DNA from: Bryobacteraceae bacterium
Lineage (GTDB): Bacteria > Acidobacteriota > Terriglobia > Bryobacterales > Bryobacteraceae
Direction: 5' to 3'
DNA: 64,000 bases
Assembly: GCA_026129905.1 (NCBI GenBank)
Contig: JAHCHE010000013.1
Coordinates: 101,475 to 165,474, forward strand
Positions 1 to 10,490 of the stretch are shown here, piece after piece. Made by a program: the position numbers and the translations under genes. Each line of letters begins with the position of its first letter. The first letter of the stretch is position 1. The notes beneath the pieces are model-generated. The model had not been told where the DNA came from, searched no databases, and saw only the letters and a program-made list of their open reading frames with translations.

Positions 1-221
1 CGATGCCAGGTATATATCGATGAATTCGATGGAATTTTCCAGGTATACGGCGATCCGGTCTCCGGACTCAAAACCCTCCGCCGCCAGCAGGTTCGCCAGG
101 CGATTCGAGCGCAGGTCCAGCTCGCCGAACGAGCACTGGAGGCCACCGAACTCCAGCCCGACGTCGCCGGGCCGCTCTTCGAGCGACGGCCGGAACAACG
201 CGCGAAGGTTCATGTCCAGGC

Positions 222-2918
222 TCACTCGGCGGTCGCCCGCACGCGAGGCTGGCTGCGAAAGACGGCGTTCAGGAAGAGGGCGTTCAGCCCGTCCATGTAA
301 GCCCGGAAGTTGGGATCCGCCGTGAACCCGATGACGACGCCGCGCCCGGAGCGCTGCACGATGACAAAGGGCTTGTAGGCCAGTTGGCGGCGGTTCTCCT
401 CCCAGAGGTAGCCACCGGCCAGAAGCTCGGACGGTCCGAGGAACGTCGCGGCGTTGACGCCTTTGTCGAGCTTGATGGGGGTGAAGATGGAGCGGCCTCG
501 GACGGTGACGTTCACCGTCCCCGCAAGACCCGCGGTTATCCAGTGATCTTCGTCGACGCGCGCCCGCGCCAGCACGCCGGGAATCTGGTCGGGCCGCTCG
601 TGTTCCGGCTCGATCGCCTTCCGGTAGTCGTCTTCTTTTTCGAGAAATTGCCCGGGCGCGGAGCCCGGTGGGGGCGGCGTTTCCGTTTTTTCCGGCTTTT
701 CTTTGGCGGCGCCGGCCCGGGGCTGATTCTCGCGAGCGATGGCGAGCAGGCCGACCTTCGGATCGGCCAGGTACGTCAGAGCGCCCTCGACGCCGATGAG
801 GGCGCCGCCGGACTCTACCCAGGCATTCAGGCGTTTCAGGCCTTCCTCGCCGAGCACGGACGCATAGTTGCCGCCGTCGGGGAGGATCAGCACGTCCAGG
901 CGGCTCAAATCCGCCGTGGCGGCCAGCAAGTGCGTGCGGATCGGCGTGACGGGATATCCGAACTGGCGTTCGAGGACGAAGCGGGTATGCCCGGCGGCGT
1001 TTCCCGCGACGGGCCGGTCCCAGGCAATAGCGACGGCTGGGCGGGACAGCGCCACCACGCGGTTGCTGCCGAAGCTGACGCCTCGATCGACCCAGCCGCT
1101 GTCAGTGGCCACGGCATCCGCGCCAGCCGCCGCGGCAAGTTTCGGCATCAGGTCGTGAATGCGGGGTTCGTTCTCGCTCACCCGCAGGATGAGCGTCCCT
1201 CGCGGAAATGTGCGTCCGTTCTGTTCGAATTCCTTATCCGTGGTCCAGACTTTCAGACCTTCGCGCAGCGCCGCGGCGAGAAACCGCCCTGCCGGCGCCG
1301 TACCCCACGGAACGAGGTAGGCGAGCTTCGCCCGCCCGATGGGCGCCGGGGCGGGCGGGGCGGCTCCTGGCGCGACGATTTCCGAGGCTGCGGCAGGAAG
1401 CTGGTCCGCGGGAATCAGCTCGACGTTGTAGAGCAGCGGGAGGGACCATGCGACGATGTCGTAGATTTCGTCGGGCAGGTTCTTCGAGCGGAGGCGTTCC
1501 TGCTCCTTGACGAACTCCTCCTCCATCTTCACGTCCGGGTCGAGCAGCGTGCGGACGAGGCGGGCGGCCGGCTGAGCCATGTCGATGATGTAGCTGCCGG
1601 CCGGCGCCGGTTTACCGCCCGCGTCGAAGGGCGCCGCCGTCCGTTTCACCTCGATCCCCTGGCCGGCGAGCAGATGCGCGAGCTTGTCGACGGCGGGGAC
1701 GTCGCCCCGGCGGGGGAGGATGTAGGCGCGCACCGGTCCCTTTCCTCCCTCGTCGATCGCGGACTGCCGGTATTTATAGAAATTGGAAAGCAACTCCCGG
1801 TGGCGAAGGGCCGCCGTCTCGCAGGTCGCGATGGACGCCAGAAAGTGCTGGCGCACGGTTTCGCGGAAGTGAAACACGCGGCTGTCGGTGCGGCGCATGA
1901 TGGCCAGGCCCCGCGAGGATGCCTGTTCGTAGGTCATCGCCACGCTGCCGTAGTAGGACGGCCAACTGGCGCCGTAGCCGGGATAGAAGGCGTCGAAGAT
2001 CTCGCGGGTGAAATAGCTGAAGCCGAACTGGTCGAACCACCGCGCGTTATTGCGCCCGAACCACTCCAGGGCGTCGCGCTGATCGCGGGCGATGTGCGGA
2101 TTGTAGGGAACGGCCTCCGGCGCGAAGTAATAGGTGGCTTCGGAGCCCATTTCGTGCAGGTCGACGAACACCAGCGGAAGCCACTCGAGCAGCGCCTTCA
2201 CACGGCCGCGGGTTTCCGGCTGGGTCAGCGCGAACCAATCGCGGTTCATGTCGAAGTGGTAATGGTTGGTGCGGCCGCCGGGCCAGGGCTCGGTGTGCTC
2301 GAGGGAATCCGGGTTGGGATCGGGCTCCGGGCCGAGGCTTTCGATGAAGTGGTGGAGAAAACGGGTGCGCCCGTCCGGGTTTTGAAGCGGATCGATGAAG
2401 ACCAGGACGTCGGCCAAGACGCTCGCCGCCAGCTTGTCGTTGCGCGCGGCCAGCAGATGGTAGGCGGTGAGCAACGCGGCATCGGGCGAAGAAATCTCGT
2501 TGCCATGCACTCCGTAGGCGAGCCAGACGGTCGCGGGCAGGGAGGCGATCAGCTTTTCGGCTTCGGCTCGGGGCGTGCGGCGCGGGTCGGCCAGTTTCTT
2601 GATGCCGGTCCGGATTTCTTCGAGCCGGCGGAGGTTCGCCTCCGAGCCGATGACGGCGTAAACCAGCCGGCGATCCTCCCACGTCCGGCCGTACTCGAAC
2701 ACCCTCATGCGGCCCGGGGCCGCGGCGGCCAGGGCGTCCAGGTACTGCAGGATGCCTTCATGGCTGGTGATGCGCTCGCCGGCGTCGTAGCCGAGCGTCC
2801 GGCGGTGCGTGGGTATCGAGGGATCGTAGGTAACCGAGGGCCAGAATTCGAATTTTGTCTGCGGCACCGCGGGAACGAGCGTGAGGAGCGAAACCAGGCC
2901 GGCGCGTGCGATTCGCAT
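222..2918 (-). CDS. Secreted M14-family zinc carboxypeptidase
   Basis: 898-aa ORF with signal-like N-terminus (MRIARAGLVSLLTLVPAVP). HxxE zinc motif in 'AYGVHGNEISSPDA', typical of peptidase M14. The overlapping 1223-aa plus-strand ORF (384..4055) is an antisense GC artefact over this region. Confidence 0.8.
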   Translation of the reverse strand: MRIARAGLVSLLTLVPAVPQTKFEFWPSVTYDPSIPTHRRTLGYDAGERITSHEGILQYLDALAAAAPGRMRVFEYGRTWEDRRLVYAVIGSEANLRRLEEIRTGIKKLADPRRTPRAEAEKLIASLPATVWLAYGVHGNEISSPDAALLTAYHLLAARNDKLAASVLADVLVFIDPLQNPDGRTRFLHHFIESLGPEPDPNPDSLEHTEPWPGGRTNHYHFDMNRDWFALTQPETRGRVKALLEWLPLVFVDLHEMGSEATYYFAPEAVPYNPHIARDQRDALEWFGRNNARWFDQFGFSYFTREIFDAFYPGYGASWPSYYGSVAMTYEQASSRGLAIMRRTDSRVFHFRETVRQHFLASIATCETAALRHRELLSNFYKYRQSAIDEGGKGPVRAYILPRRGDVPAVDKLAHLLAGQGIEVKRTAAPFDAGGKPAPAGSYIIDMAQPAARLVRTLLDPDVKMEEEFVKEQERLRSKNLPDEIYDIVAWSLPLLYNVELIPADQLPAAASEIVAPGAAPPAPAPIGRAKLAYLVPWGTAPAGRFLAAALREGLKVWTTDKEFEQNGRTFPRGTLILRVSENEPRIHDLMPKLAAAAGADAVATDSGWVDRGVSFGSNRVVALSRPAVAIAWDRPVAGNAAGHTRFVLERQFGYPVTPIRTHLLAATADLSRLDVLILPDGGNYASVLGEEGLKRLNAWVESGGALIGVEGALTYLADPKVGLLAIARENQPRAGAAKEKPEKTETPPPPGSAPGQFLEKEDDYRKAIEPEHERPDQIPGVLARARVDEDHWITAGLAGTVNVTVRGRSIFTPIKLDKGVNAATFLGPSELLAGGYLWEENRRQLAYKPFVIVQRSGRGVVIGFTADPNFRAYMDGLNALFLNAVFRSQPRVRATAE

Positions 2919-3080
2919 AACGATAAGGATACGCCCAGCGACTGCGCCCGTCAGCCGCGTCCGGCGGTTCGCCGAGTCGAGTCGAGATCCGTTACGATAG
3001 AAAACACAACGGCGGCGCGCGGGGCTCCGCTGCCTGGAAGAGCAATCGACAGCCCCGTCAAGGCGAGGTTCGGGATCGCG

Positions 3081-4055
3081 TTGGATCAGAAAACCCTTAG
3101 AGCACTATTGGAGCCGGCGCTTGCCGACTTTATTGAAGAGTGCCGAACCATCTGTTGCCTTGCCGCGAACGAGCACGGGGTTATCGCGTTCGCCAACACC
3201 GCGGCGGCGGCGCTGTTTGGCGTAGTGGAGTCCGAACTCCTGGGGCGAACGTTGTGGGAGTTTCTCCCGCATGCCGATGCCGCGGCCTTGCGATCGGGTT
3301 CGCGCGAACGACAGGGAAGCCGGCGGCTACGGCTTAACGTAGTCGGCGCGGATCACCGCCCGATCACGCTCGACTGCGTCGTCCGGACACACGGCGATAC
3401 GGTTGTGCTCGTCGGAGAGCCGTCAAGCCTCGATCCCGCGCAGGCGACGCAACTCCTGCAACTGCACCACGAGATGGAAGCGTTAGCCCGGCAGCAGGCT
3501 CGTCCGGGCGCCCATTTCCGTCCAGGACGAAGCGAGTGGCACGATCCCGCGCAATGGGATCCGCTGACCGGCGCGGCGAACCGAAGCCGCCTGGACAGCG
3601 TGCTGCATCGCGAAACGGAGTACCAGCGGGCGCACGGCACGCCGCTTACCGTTGTGCTGCTCGACGTCGATCACCTGAAAGCGGTGAACGATACCTATGG
3701 AGAAGCCGCCGGCGACGCCGTTCTGGTGGAACTCGGCCGGCTTCTGCACCACGATACGCGTTCGCACGAACTGGTAGCGCGTTACGGCGGAGAGGAGTTT
3801 GTCGTCGTGCTGCCCGGCGCCGGGTTGCGGCAAGGAGCGGGACTCGCCGAGCGCCTGCGGATCAAGGTGGCCGACATGGAGGTCGAAGCTTGCCCCGTCT
3901 CTGTCACAGCCAGTTTCGGAGTCGCTTCGATGCAGCAGGGCGAATCCCCCGAATCCTTGCTAGGAAGGGCCGACGTGGCGATGCAGACGGCAAAACGAAA
4001 GGGCCGCAATCGCGTCGAGTGCGCCCTGGACGGCGATTGCCAGCCGATTCCGTAG
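3081..4055 (+). CDS. PAS-GGDEF diguanylate cyclase (start uncertain, possibly TTG ~3081)
   Basis: C-terminal GGDEF domain with RYGGEEF active-site motif ('DPLTGAANRSRLDSVLHRETEYQ...ARYGGEEFVVVL'). A PAS-like segment (IAFANTAAAALFGVVESELLGRTLWEFLPH) precedes it. It lies at the 3' end of the long artefactual ORF 384..4055, so the true start cannot be fixed; a purine-rich AGGCGAGG sits upstream of TTG 3081. Confidence 0.75.
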   Translation: MDQKTLRALLEPALADFIEECRTICCLAANEHGVIAFANTAAAALFGVVESELLGRTLWEFLPHADAAALRSGSRERQGSRRLRLNVVGADHRPITLDCVVRTHGDTVVLVGEPSSLDPAQATQLLQLHHEMEALARQQARPGAHFRPGRSEWHDPAQWDPLTGAANRSRLDSVLHRETEYQRAHGTPLTVVLLDVDHLKAVNDTYGEAAGDAVLVELGRLLHHDTRSHELVARYGGEEFVVVLPGAGLRQGAGLAERLRIKVADMEVEACPVSVTASFGVASMQQGESPESLLGRADVAMQTAKRKGRNRVECALDGDCQPIP

Positions 4056-4074
4056 CAGGACGACTTGCACAAAC

Positions 4075-4113
4075 GGATAACGGTGGCTGTTGATTCTTAT
4101 CCAAAAGGATAAG
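4075..4113. promoter_or_regulatory. Operator-like palindrome: GGATAA-N16-CTTATCC-aaaa-GGATAAG
   Basis: Perfect 7-bp inverted repeat with 4-bp spacer (cttatccaaaaggataag, 4096..4113) plus an extra upstream GGATAA half-site at 4075..4080. It sits in an AT-rich spacer just downstream of the GGDEF gene. Confidence 0.35.
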
Positions 4114-4467
4114 TTTCCGTTCGCCGCCGCCATTGCTCAGATCAAATAAGTCATTATGTCGCAATAGCATACAGCCGAACTGCGCGTTAACCGTACTATG
4201 GCGCCCAGATTGCTCCTTACAAGAGCACGGCTGGCGGAGAACCCCGGAGCACAAACTCCGGGCCGGCCGGAGGTTATCGACGTGCAACGCTCGGGAGAGC
4301 CTGAGGGAGGGGCAATCGAGTTGCCTCAATCCAACCGTCCGTTGCCACGGGTTTTTGACGGGGACGCAGATCTCAGCGTCTCGTCCCGGAGGCGAATTCC
4401 TCTCTCCCAAGAGGAACCGGCTGAGCGCCTCCCGGCAGATTCCGGGATGCCTTAGCCAGTTTTATTT

Positions 4468-4516
4468 GCCCGCCCCCCCGTCTGGTCAGGCTCAGCGGAC
4501 GGGGGGGCTTTTTTTT
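4468..4516 (+). terminator. Rho-independent terminator (10-bp GC stem, 15-nt loop, T8 tract)
   Basis: 5' arm cccccccgtc (4473..4482) pairs perfectly with gacggggggg (4498..4507), followed by c + tttttttt (4509..4516). It lies 410 bp downstream of the GGDEF stop and 90 bp upstream of the GH3 start, implying an unannotated plus-strand transcript ending here. Confidence 0.6.
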
Positions 4517-4605
4517 CCTTCGCCTGGATTTGATCGCCATCTCCGTATTCTCCCGCTTCGGAGTTCGGATCGTGGCCGGCGCGTGGTGTATACTGGCGGC
4601 TTCCC

Positions 4606-6486
<1,881 letters not shown>

Positions 6487-6501
6487 CGGCCCCTGACAAC
6501 G

Positions 6502-7224
6502 ATGTCTTCCATCACCCATCAACACCGCTTTCGCTACCTCGACTACCTGATCCAGGTGTTCGTCGTGGTTCTGCTGGTCTCGAACCTGGTCGGCCCGAAG
6601 ATTGTGGCCATCGGGCCGTTCCGAATCAGCGGCGCCCAATTGCTGTTCCCCATCACGTACATCTTTGGCGACATCTTTACAGAGGTGTACGGCTATGGAG
6701 CGTCGCGCCGCGCCATCTGGACGGGCTTCTTCGCCTCCGCCTTGCTGTCGATCATGGGACTCATCACCGTGGCGCTTCCGCCCGCCCCCGACTGGCCGAA
6801 CCAGGAAGCGTTCGCCATCGTGTTCCAGTTCGTGCCGCGCATGGTGGTCGCCAGCCTGCTGGCGTACTGGGCCGGAGAGTTCGCCAACGCCTTCGTGATG
6901 GCGAAGGTCAAGCTCAGGACGAAAGGGCGGTTCCTGTGGGTGCGCACGATCGGCTCCACCGCCGTGGGCCAGGCCGTGGATACGACCATCGTGATGATCG
7001 TGGCGTTCGCCGGCAGCCTCAGTCCGTCGCTGATCGGGAAACTGATCGTCTCCGGTTACCTGGGCAAGGTCCTCTACGAGGCCGCCGCCACGCCGCTTAC
7101 CTATGCGATCGTGAACTTCCTGAAGCGCAAAGAAGGCGTCGACGTGTTCGACTACGCGACGGACTTCAATCCGTTCGCCGGATCGCCGGCGGCCGAAGTC
7201 CGGCGGTCGGCCGGGTCGGCTTGA
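6502..7224 (+). CDS. Queuosine-precursor transporter, YhhQ/DUF165 family
   Basis: 240-aa polytopic membrane protein; 'LVSNLVGPKIVAIGPF...LLFPITYIFGDIFTEVYGYGASRRAIWTGF' matches the YhhQ (vitamin-uptake transporter) family signature. Confidence 0.75.
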   Translation: MSSITHQHRFRYLDYLIQVFVVVLLVSNLVGPKIVAIGPFRISGAQLLFPITYIFGDIFTEVYGYGASRRAIWTGFFASALLSIMGLITVALPPAPDWPNQEAFAIVFQFVPRMVVASLLAYWAGEFANAFVMAKVKLRTKGRFLWVRTIGSTAVGQAVDTTIVMIVAFAGSLSPSLIGKLIVSGYLGKVLYEAAATPLTYAIVNFLKRKEGVDVFDYATDFNPFAGSPAAEVRRSAGSA

Positions 7225-7243
7225 GGGTCTTGGCGGCTATCGC

Positions 7244-7807
7244 GTGAAAATGCGGTTGATATACTTGGAGGAAAGCACACCGCGCTATCTGGAGACGTCA
7301 ATGAGCACTGCCAAACTGCAACCGGTCGAGAGTCAGGAACATGGTCTGGAGCCACCCGAGCTTTCGGGTCCGCCCGCTTACCGCGTCGCCAACAGGATCC
7401 TGGATTGGATTACCAGCGAGAGAACGCAGTTGCTGAACATTACCGAACGGATCAACGAGGTGGTGCGCAAAAGCGGCATCCGCAACGGTCTCGTTCACTT
7501 GCAGTCGCTGCACACCACAACCGCGGTATTTCTCAATGAATGGCAGGAGGCGCTGCTCGACGACGTCAAGGCTTTCCTCGAGGAGACCGTCTCGCCGCGC
7601 AAGTATTACCGCCACAACGACCCGCAATTGTCCGACTGCGAACGGCAGAACGCCGACTCACACCTCCGAGGCATGCTGATGGGACAGAGTCTCCTGCTTC
7701 AGGTCCGCAACGCGAAAGTGCTGCTGGGGACGTGGCAGACGATCGTGCTGGCGGAGTTCGATGGGCCGCGGAGCCGGTCGCTGGCCGTTCAGGTATCGGG
7801 CGTCTGA
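7244..7807 (+). CDS. YjbQ/UPF0047 family protein (secondary thiamine-phosphate synthase-like); true start may be the internal ATG at 7301
   Basis: Core 'LQSLHTTTAVFLNEWQ...HLRGMLMGQSLLLQV...LGTWQTIVLAEFDGPRSRSL' matches YjbQ. A paralog lies at 22431..22850. Confidence 0.7.
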   Translation: MKMRLIYLEESTPRYLETSMSTAKLQPVESQEHGLEPPELSGPPAYRVANRILDWITSERTQLLNITERINEVVRKSGIRNGLVHLQSLHTTTAVFLNEWQEALLDDVKAFLEETVSPRKYYRHNDPQLSDCERQNADSHLRGMLMGQSLLLQVRNAKVLLGTWQTIVLAEFDGPRSRSLAVQVSGV

Positions 7808-7810
7808 CGG

Positions 7811-8251
7811 ATGCCGAGATACTTCACGCTGAGCCAGGCTCAGAGTCTGTTGCCGCTGCTGGAAAAGGAATTCCGGCAGGTGGTTCACATCCGGCGGGAG
7901 TTGGAAGGCGCCGCATCCGATCTGGACGCCTACTCGCAGCACATCGCCATGGCTGGCGGCGCCCTGGTGGACCAGCGGCGGCTGCTGAGTCTGCGCGGCC
8001 GGCGCGACGCGCTCGCCACGCGGCTGAAGGAAGGCATTGAAGCCATTCAAGAGCATGGCTGCCAGGTGAAGGACCTGGACATGGGCCTGCTCGACTTCCC
8101 GACGTTGTTGCGAGGGCAGGAAGTGTTGCTGTGCTGGAAGCTCGGCGAGTCCGAGATCGCCTATTGGCACGGAACCGAGGAGGGCTTCCGAGGCCGCAAG
8201 CCGATCGACGACGACTTTCTCGCCAACCACGCCGGCGACCCGCAGCACTGA
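7811..8251 (+). CDS. DUF2203-like hypothetical protein, 4-nt downstream of yjbQ (operon)
   Basis: 146-aa ORF starting 'MPRYFTLSQAQSLLPLLEKEFRQ...', resembling the DUF2203 N-terminus. It is tightly coupled to the upstream gene. Confidence 0.45.
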   Translation: MPRYFTLSQAQSLLPLLEKEFRQVVHIRRELEGAASDLDAYSQHIAMAGGALVDQRRLLSLRGRRDALATRLKEGIEAIQEHGCQVKDLDMGLLDFPTLLRGQEVLLCWKLGESEIAYWHGTEEGFRGRKPIDDDFLANHAGDPQH

Positions 8252-8264
8252 GCCCGGTTTCTCT

Positions 8265-8311
8265 CGAACCCTCACGCCTCCTCGCCGTCGAATAGCCGCC
8301 GCGGCGTGCGC
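8265..8311. repeat. Direct repeat copy 1 (degenerate duplicate of the amidohydrolase 3' end)
   Basis: 'cgaaccctcacgcctcCTCgccgtcgaataGccgccgcggcgtgCgc' matches 9132..9175 at 44/47 (3-nt indel plus 2 substitutions). It still encodes a degenerate '...TPRRLFDGEEA*' on the minus strand. Confidence 0.7.
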
Positions 8312-8327
8312 GCGCGATTGGGGAGGG

Positions 8328-8899
8328 ATGTCGAAGCGCGAAAGTTCTTCAAATCTAGTACAGAGTACTATAGAATTTAAGTGGAGCTTGAATTCCCTGC
8401 GCGGCAAGGCGACAGTTTTCAAGACAAAATGGTTTCAGCGGTTTGCCCGGAGGGAGAAGCTCTCGGACGCAGCTCTCTCGGAAGCCGTCGTGCGCGCCAG
8501 AATGGGCGGATCGATGCAGACCTCGGCGGTGGCGTCATAAAGCAGTGGATCGCGCGGGTGGGGGAGGGAAAGTCGGGTGGATACCGGACCATCATTCTCT
8601 TCCGGCGGGGGGAGCGTGCGATCTTTATGTACGGCTTCGCAAAGAGTGAGCGGGAGAACCTCCGCCCCGATGAACAAAAACAATTCAAAGAAGCCGCGAA
8701 GCACGTGTTCGCCCTGACGGAAGCGGAGCTTGCGGCGTTGGTTCGGGAAGGCGAATTCGTAGAGATGACAAGGACATGCGTAAGAGCAAGAAGTACCGAA
8801 GCGATGCGATGGCCTCCATTCACGAGACAATGGAGGCCCTACACAAGGTGGGCGCGATCGGCAAACGGACGATGCGGCGCTTCGACGAAGCTTGCCTGA
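8328..8899 (+). pseudogene. RelE/HigB-like toxin (PF06296-type, 'KTKWFQ...GKSGGYR' family), frameshifted
   Basis: The N-terminal part is in the frame of ORF 8328..8540 (TVFKTKWFQRFARREKLSDAALSEAVVRA). The rest is in the frame of ORF 8381..8899 (NGRIDADLGGGVIKQWIARVGEGKSGGYRTIILFRRGERAIFMYGFAKSERENL...ELAALVREGEFVEM). Joining them at about 8490..8510 reconstitutes the canonical family layout. This is consistent with a 1-nt deletion in an A-run (...gccagaa[a]tggg...). Confidence 0.6.
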
Positions 8900-9099
8900 C
8901 TCGGGTCCAGCCGCTCAGGCCGGGCGAGATCAGAGCGCTGCGGGAGCGGGAGCAGGTGAGCCAAGCGGTCTTTGCGAATTACCTGAACGTGACACCGAAC
9001 CTGGTGAGCAAGTGGGAGCGAGGCGAGAAGACGCCTTCCGGCCCGGCGCTAAAGCTGCTGTCGCTGGTCGAGAAGCACGGCATTGCGGCGGTTGCCTGA
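8776..9099 (+). CDS. HTH (XRE/COG2944-type) antitoxin partnering the RelE/HigB-like toxin (start 8776 or 8809)
   Basis: '...MASIHETMEALHKVGAIGKRTMRRFDEACLTRVQPLRPGEIRALREREQVSQAVFANYLNVTPNLVSKWERGEKTPSGPALKLLSLVEKHG' is the typical antitoxin paired with PF06296 toxins. The reading frame is intact. Confidence 0.75.
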   Translation: MRKSKKYRSDAMASIHETMEALHKVGAIGKRTMRRFDEACLTRVQPLRPGEIRALREREQVSQAVFANYLNVTPNLVSKWERGEKTPSGPALKLLSLVEKHGIAAVA

Positions 9100-9131
9100 C
9101 GATAATAACGCCCGCTGTTTCGATGAGATCC

Positions 9132-9175
9132 CGAACCCTCACGCCTCGCCGTCGAATACCCGCCGCGGCGTGTGC
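9132..9175. repeat. Direct repeat copy 2 (the authentic 3' end of the amidohydrolase gene)
   Basis: The minus-strand reading gives '...LWHTPRRVFDGEA*', the C-terminus of CDS 9139..9891. Confidence 0.7.
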
Positions 9176-9891
9176 CAGAGAATATCGGTCTTCGCTTCGG
9201 CGGGGATATCCATCCCGGTGATCTTGCCGAACTCCGTCTCGATGCTCTCGGGGAGGTCGGCGCCGGCCATGAGGCGGCTCGACGGGATGTGCGCGAGGAC
9301 CTCCGTGATGTGGTGCGGCATCAGCGAGGATACCTCGATATAGATATTCGGGCACACCGACGCCGCGACGATGGCTTCCGCGACATAGACGCTGCCGCCG
9401 GCGTGGCCGAGGACGATCGACAGTCCGGGGAACTTGCGCGCCGGCATGATGAACAGCGACGGCAGCGCGAAGGGCGCGCCGGTCCCCGTATGGCAGATCA
9501 AGACGAACGAATGTTCCAGCGCCGTCTCGAAGTAGAAGTCGCTGCGCGGGGAGATGGGGTTCAACGGCTGATACTGCGGCTGGAGCTTCAGCGCCCGAAA
9601 TCCGAGTTCCTCGGCGCAGCGGCGCGCCTCCGTGCGGAAAGCCGCGAGCGGCTGGAATGGATAGAGACAGGCAACGCCGGTGAAGCGGTCCGGGTGAGCC
9701 CGGACGGCGCGGCCGATCTCGTCGTGCGCCGCTCGTTCATCTTCGACGACTGGGAAGGGAATCAGCGCCGCGCGATCGACGCCGCCGCGGTCCATCGCCC
9801 GCAGCATTTCGTCCGCGCTGCATGTGCGGCCGCTGTGCCGCGCCGCGCCGAGGTGGGCGTGCGTGTCGTAGATGCGGAAGCCGTTTCTCAT
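9139..9891 (-). CDS. Amidohydrolase-2 family (TIM-barrel metal-dependent hydrolase)
   Basis: 'MRNGFRIYDTHAHLG...' carries the HxH metal-binding start of amidohydro_2 proteins. Its ATG overlaps the tag stop (ATGA at 9888..9891). Confidence 0.7.
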   Translation of the reverse strand: MRNGFRIYDTHAHLGAARHSGRTCSADEMLRAMDRGGVDRAALIPFPVVEDERAAHDEIGRAVRAHPDRFTGVACLYPFQPLAAFRTEARRCAEELGFRALKLQPQYQPLNPISPRSDFYFETALEHSFVLICHTGTGAPFALPSLFIMPARKFPGLSIVLGHAGGSVYVAEAIVAASVCPNIYIEVSSLMPHHITEVLAHIPSSRLMAGADLPESIETEFGKITGMDIPAEAKTDILWHTPRRVFDGEA

Positions 9892-10490
9892 CCGCGCCGC
9901 GTCGCCCGGCCCGCCTGGCGGTAACGGAAGCAGCTCACCAGGTGGTCGTTCACCATGCCCGCCGCCTGCATGAAGGCGTAGCAAATTGTGGATCCGACGA
10001 AGCGGAACCCGCGCTCCTGGAGATCCTTGCTCATCCGGTCCGATTCCGCCGTGCGGGCCGGAACCTCGCGCAGCTCCGCCCACGCGTTTTGAACCGGTTT
10101 TCCGTTCACAAAGCGCCAGATATATGCGTCGAACGAACCAAATTCCTTGCGGGTTTCGACAAAAGCCGCGGCATTGCGGATCGCCGCCCGGATCTTCAGG
10201 CGATTTTTGACGATGCCGGAATCGGCGAGCAGCGCCGCGACTTTCGCCTCGCCGTACGCCGCCACCGCGTCGGGGTCGAAGCTGTCGAAAGCCGCGCGGT
10301 AGTTGTCCCGCTTCCGCAAGATGGTGGACCAGCTCAGCCCCGCCTGCGCTCCTTCGAGAATGAGAAGCTCGAACAGCGCCCGGTCGTCATGGAGCGGAAC
10401 GCCCCACTCCCGATCGTGGTAGGCGATGTCGAGCTGTCCCCGGGCCCAAGGGCAGCGCGTCTTTGTACTTGCCGCCATCGCCTCCCTCAT
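9888..10490 (-). CDS. tag: DNA-3-methyladenine glycosylase I
   Basis: 'CPWARGQLDIAYHDREWGVPLHDDRALFELLILEGAQAGLSWSTILRKR...' is the Tag signature. Its ATG overlaps the stop of the upstream hydrolase gene (ATGA at 10487..10490). The long N-terminal extension in the ORF track is artefactual. Confidence 0.85.
   Translation of the reverse strand: MREAMAASTKTRCPWARGQLDIAYHDREWGVPLHDDRALFELLILEGAQAGLSWSTILRKRDNYRAAFDSFDPDAVAAYGEAKVAALLADSGIVKNRLKIRAAIRNAAAFVETRKEFGSFDAYIWRFVNGKPVQNAWAELREVPARTAESDRMSKDLQERGFRFVGSTICYAFMQAAGMVNDHLVSCFRYRQAGRATRRG

Noticed and set aside
384-4055. 1223-aa plus-strand ORF
   Set aside because: It is antisense to the M14 carboxypeptidase gene and low-complexity (Arg/Gly/Ala-rich), typical of stop-poor GC-rich antisense frames. 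Only its last ~325 codons (PAS-GGDEF) are a real gene.
4198-4455. 85-aa ORF before the intrinsic terminator
   Set aside because: Third-position GC (~60%) is far below neighbouring genes (~85-90%), and the sequence is low-complexity. More likely non-coding RNA; retained only as a finding.
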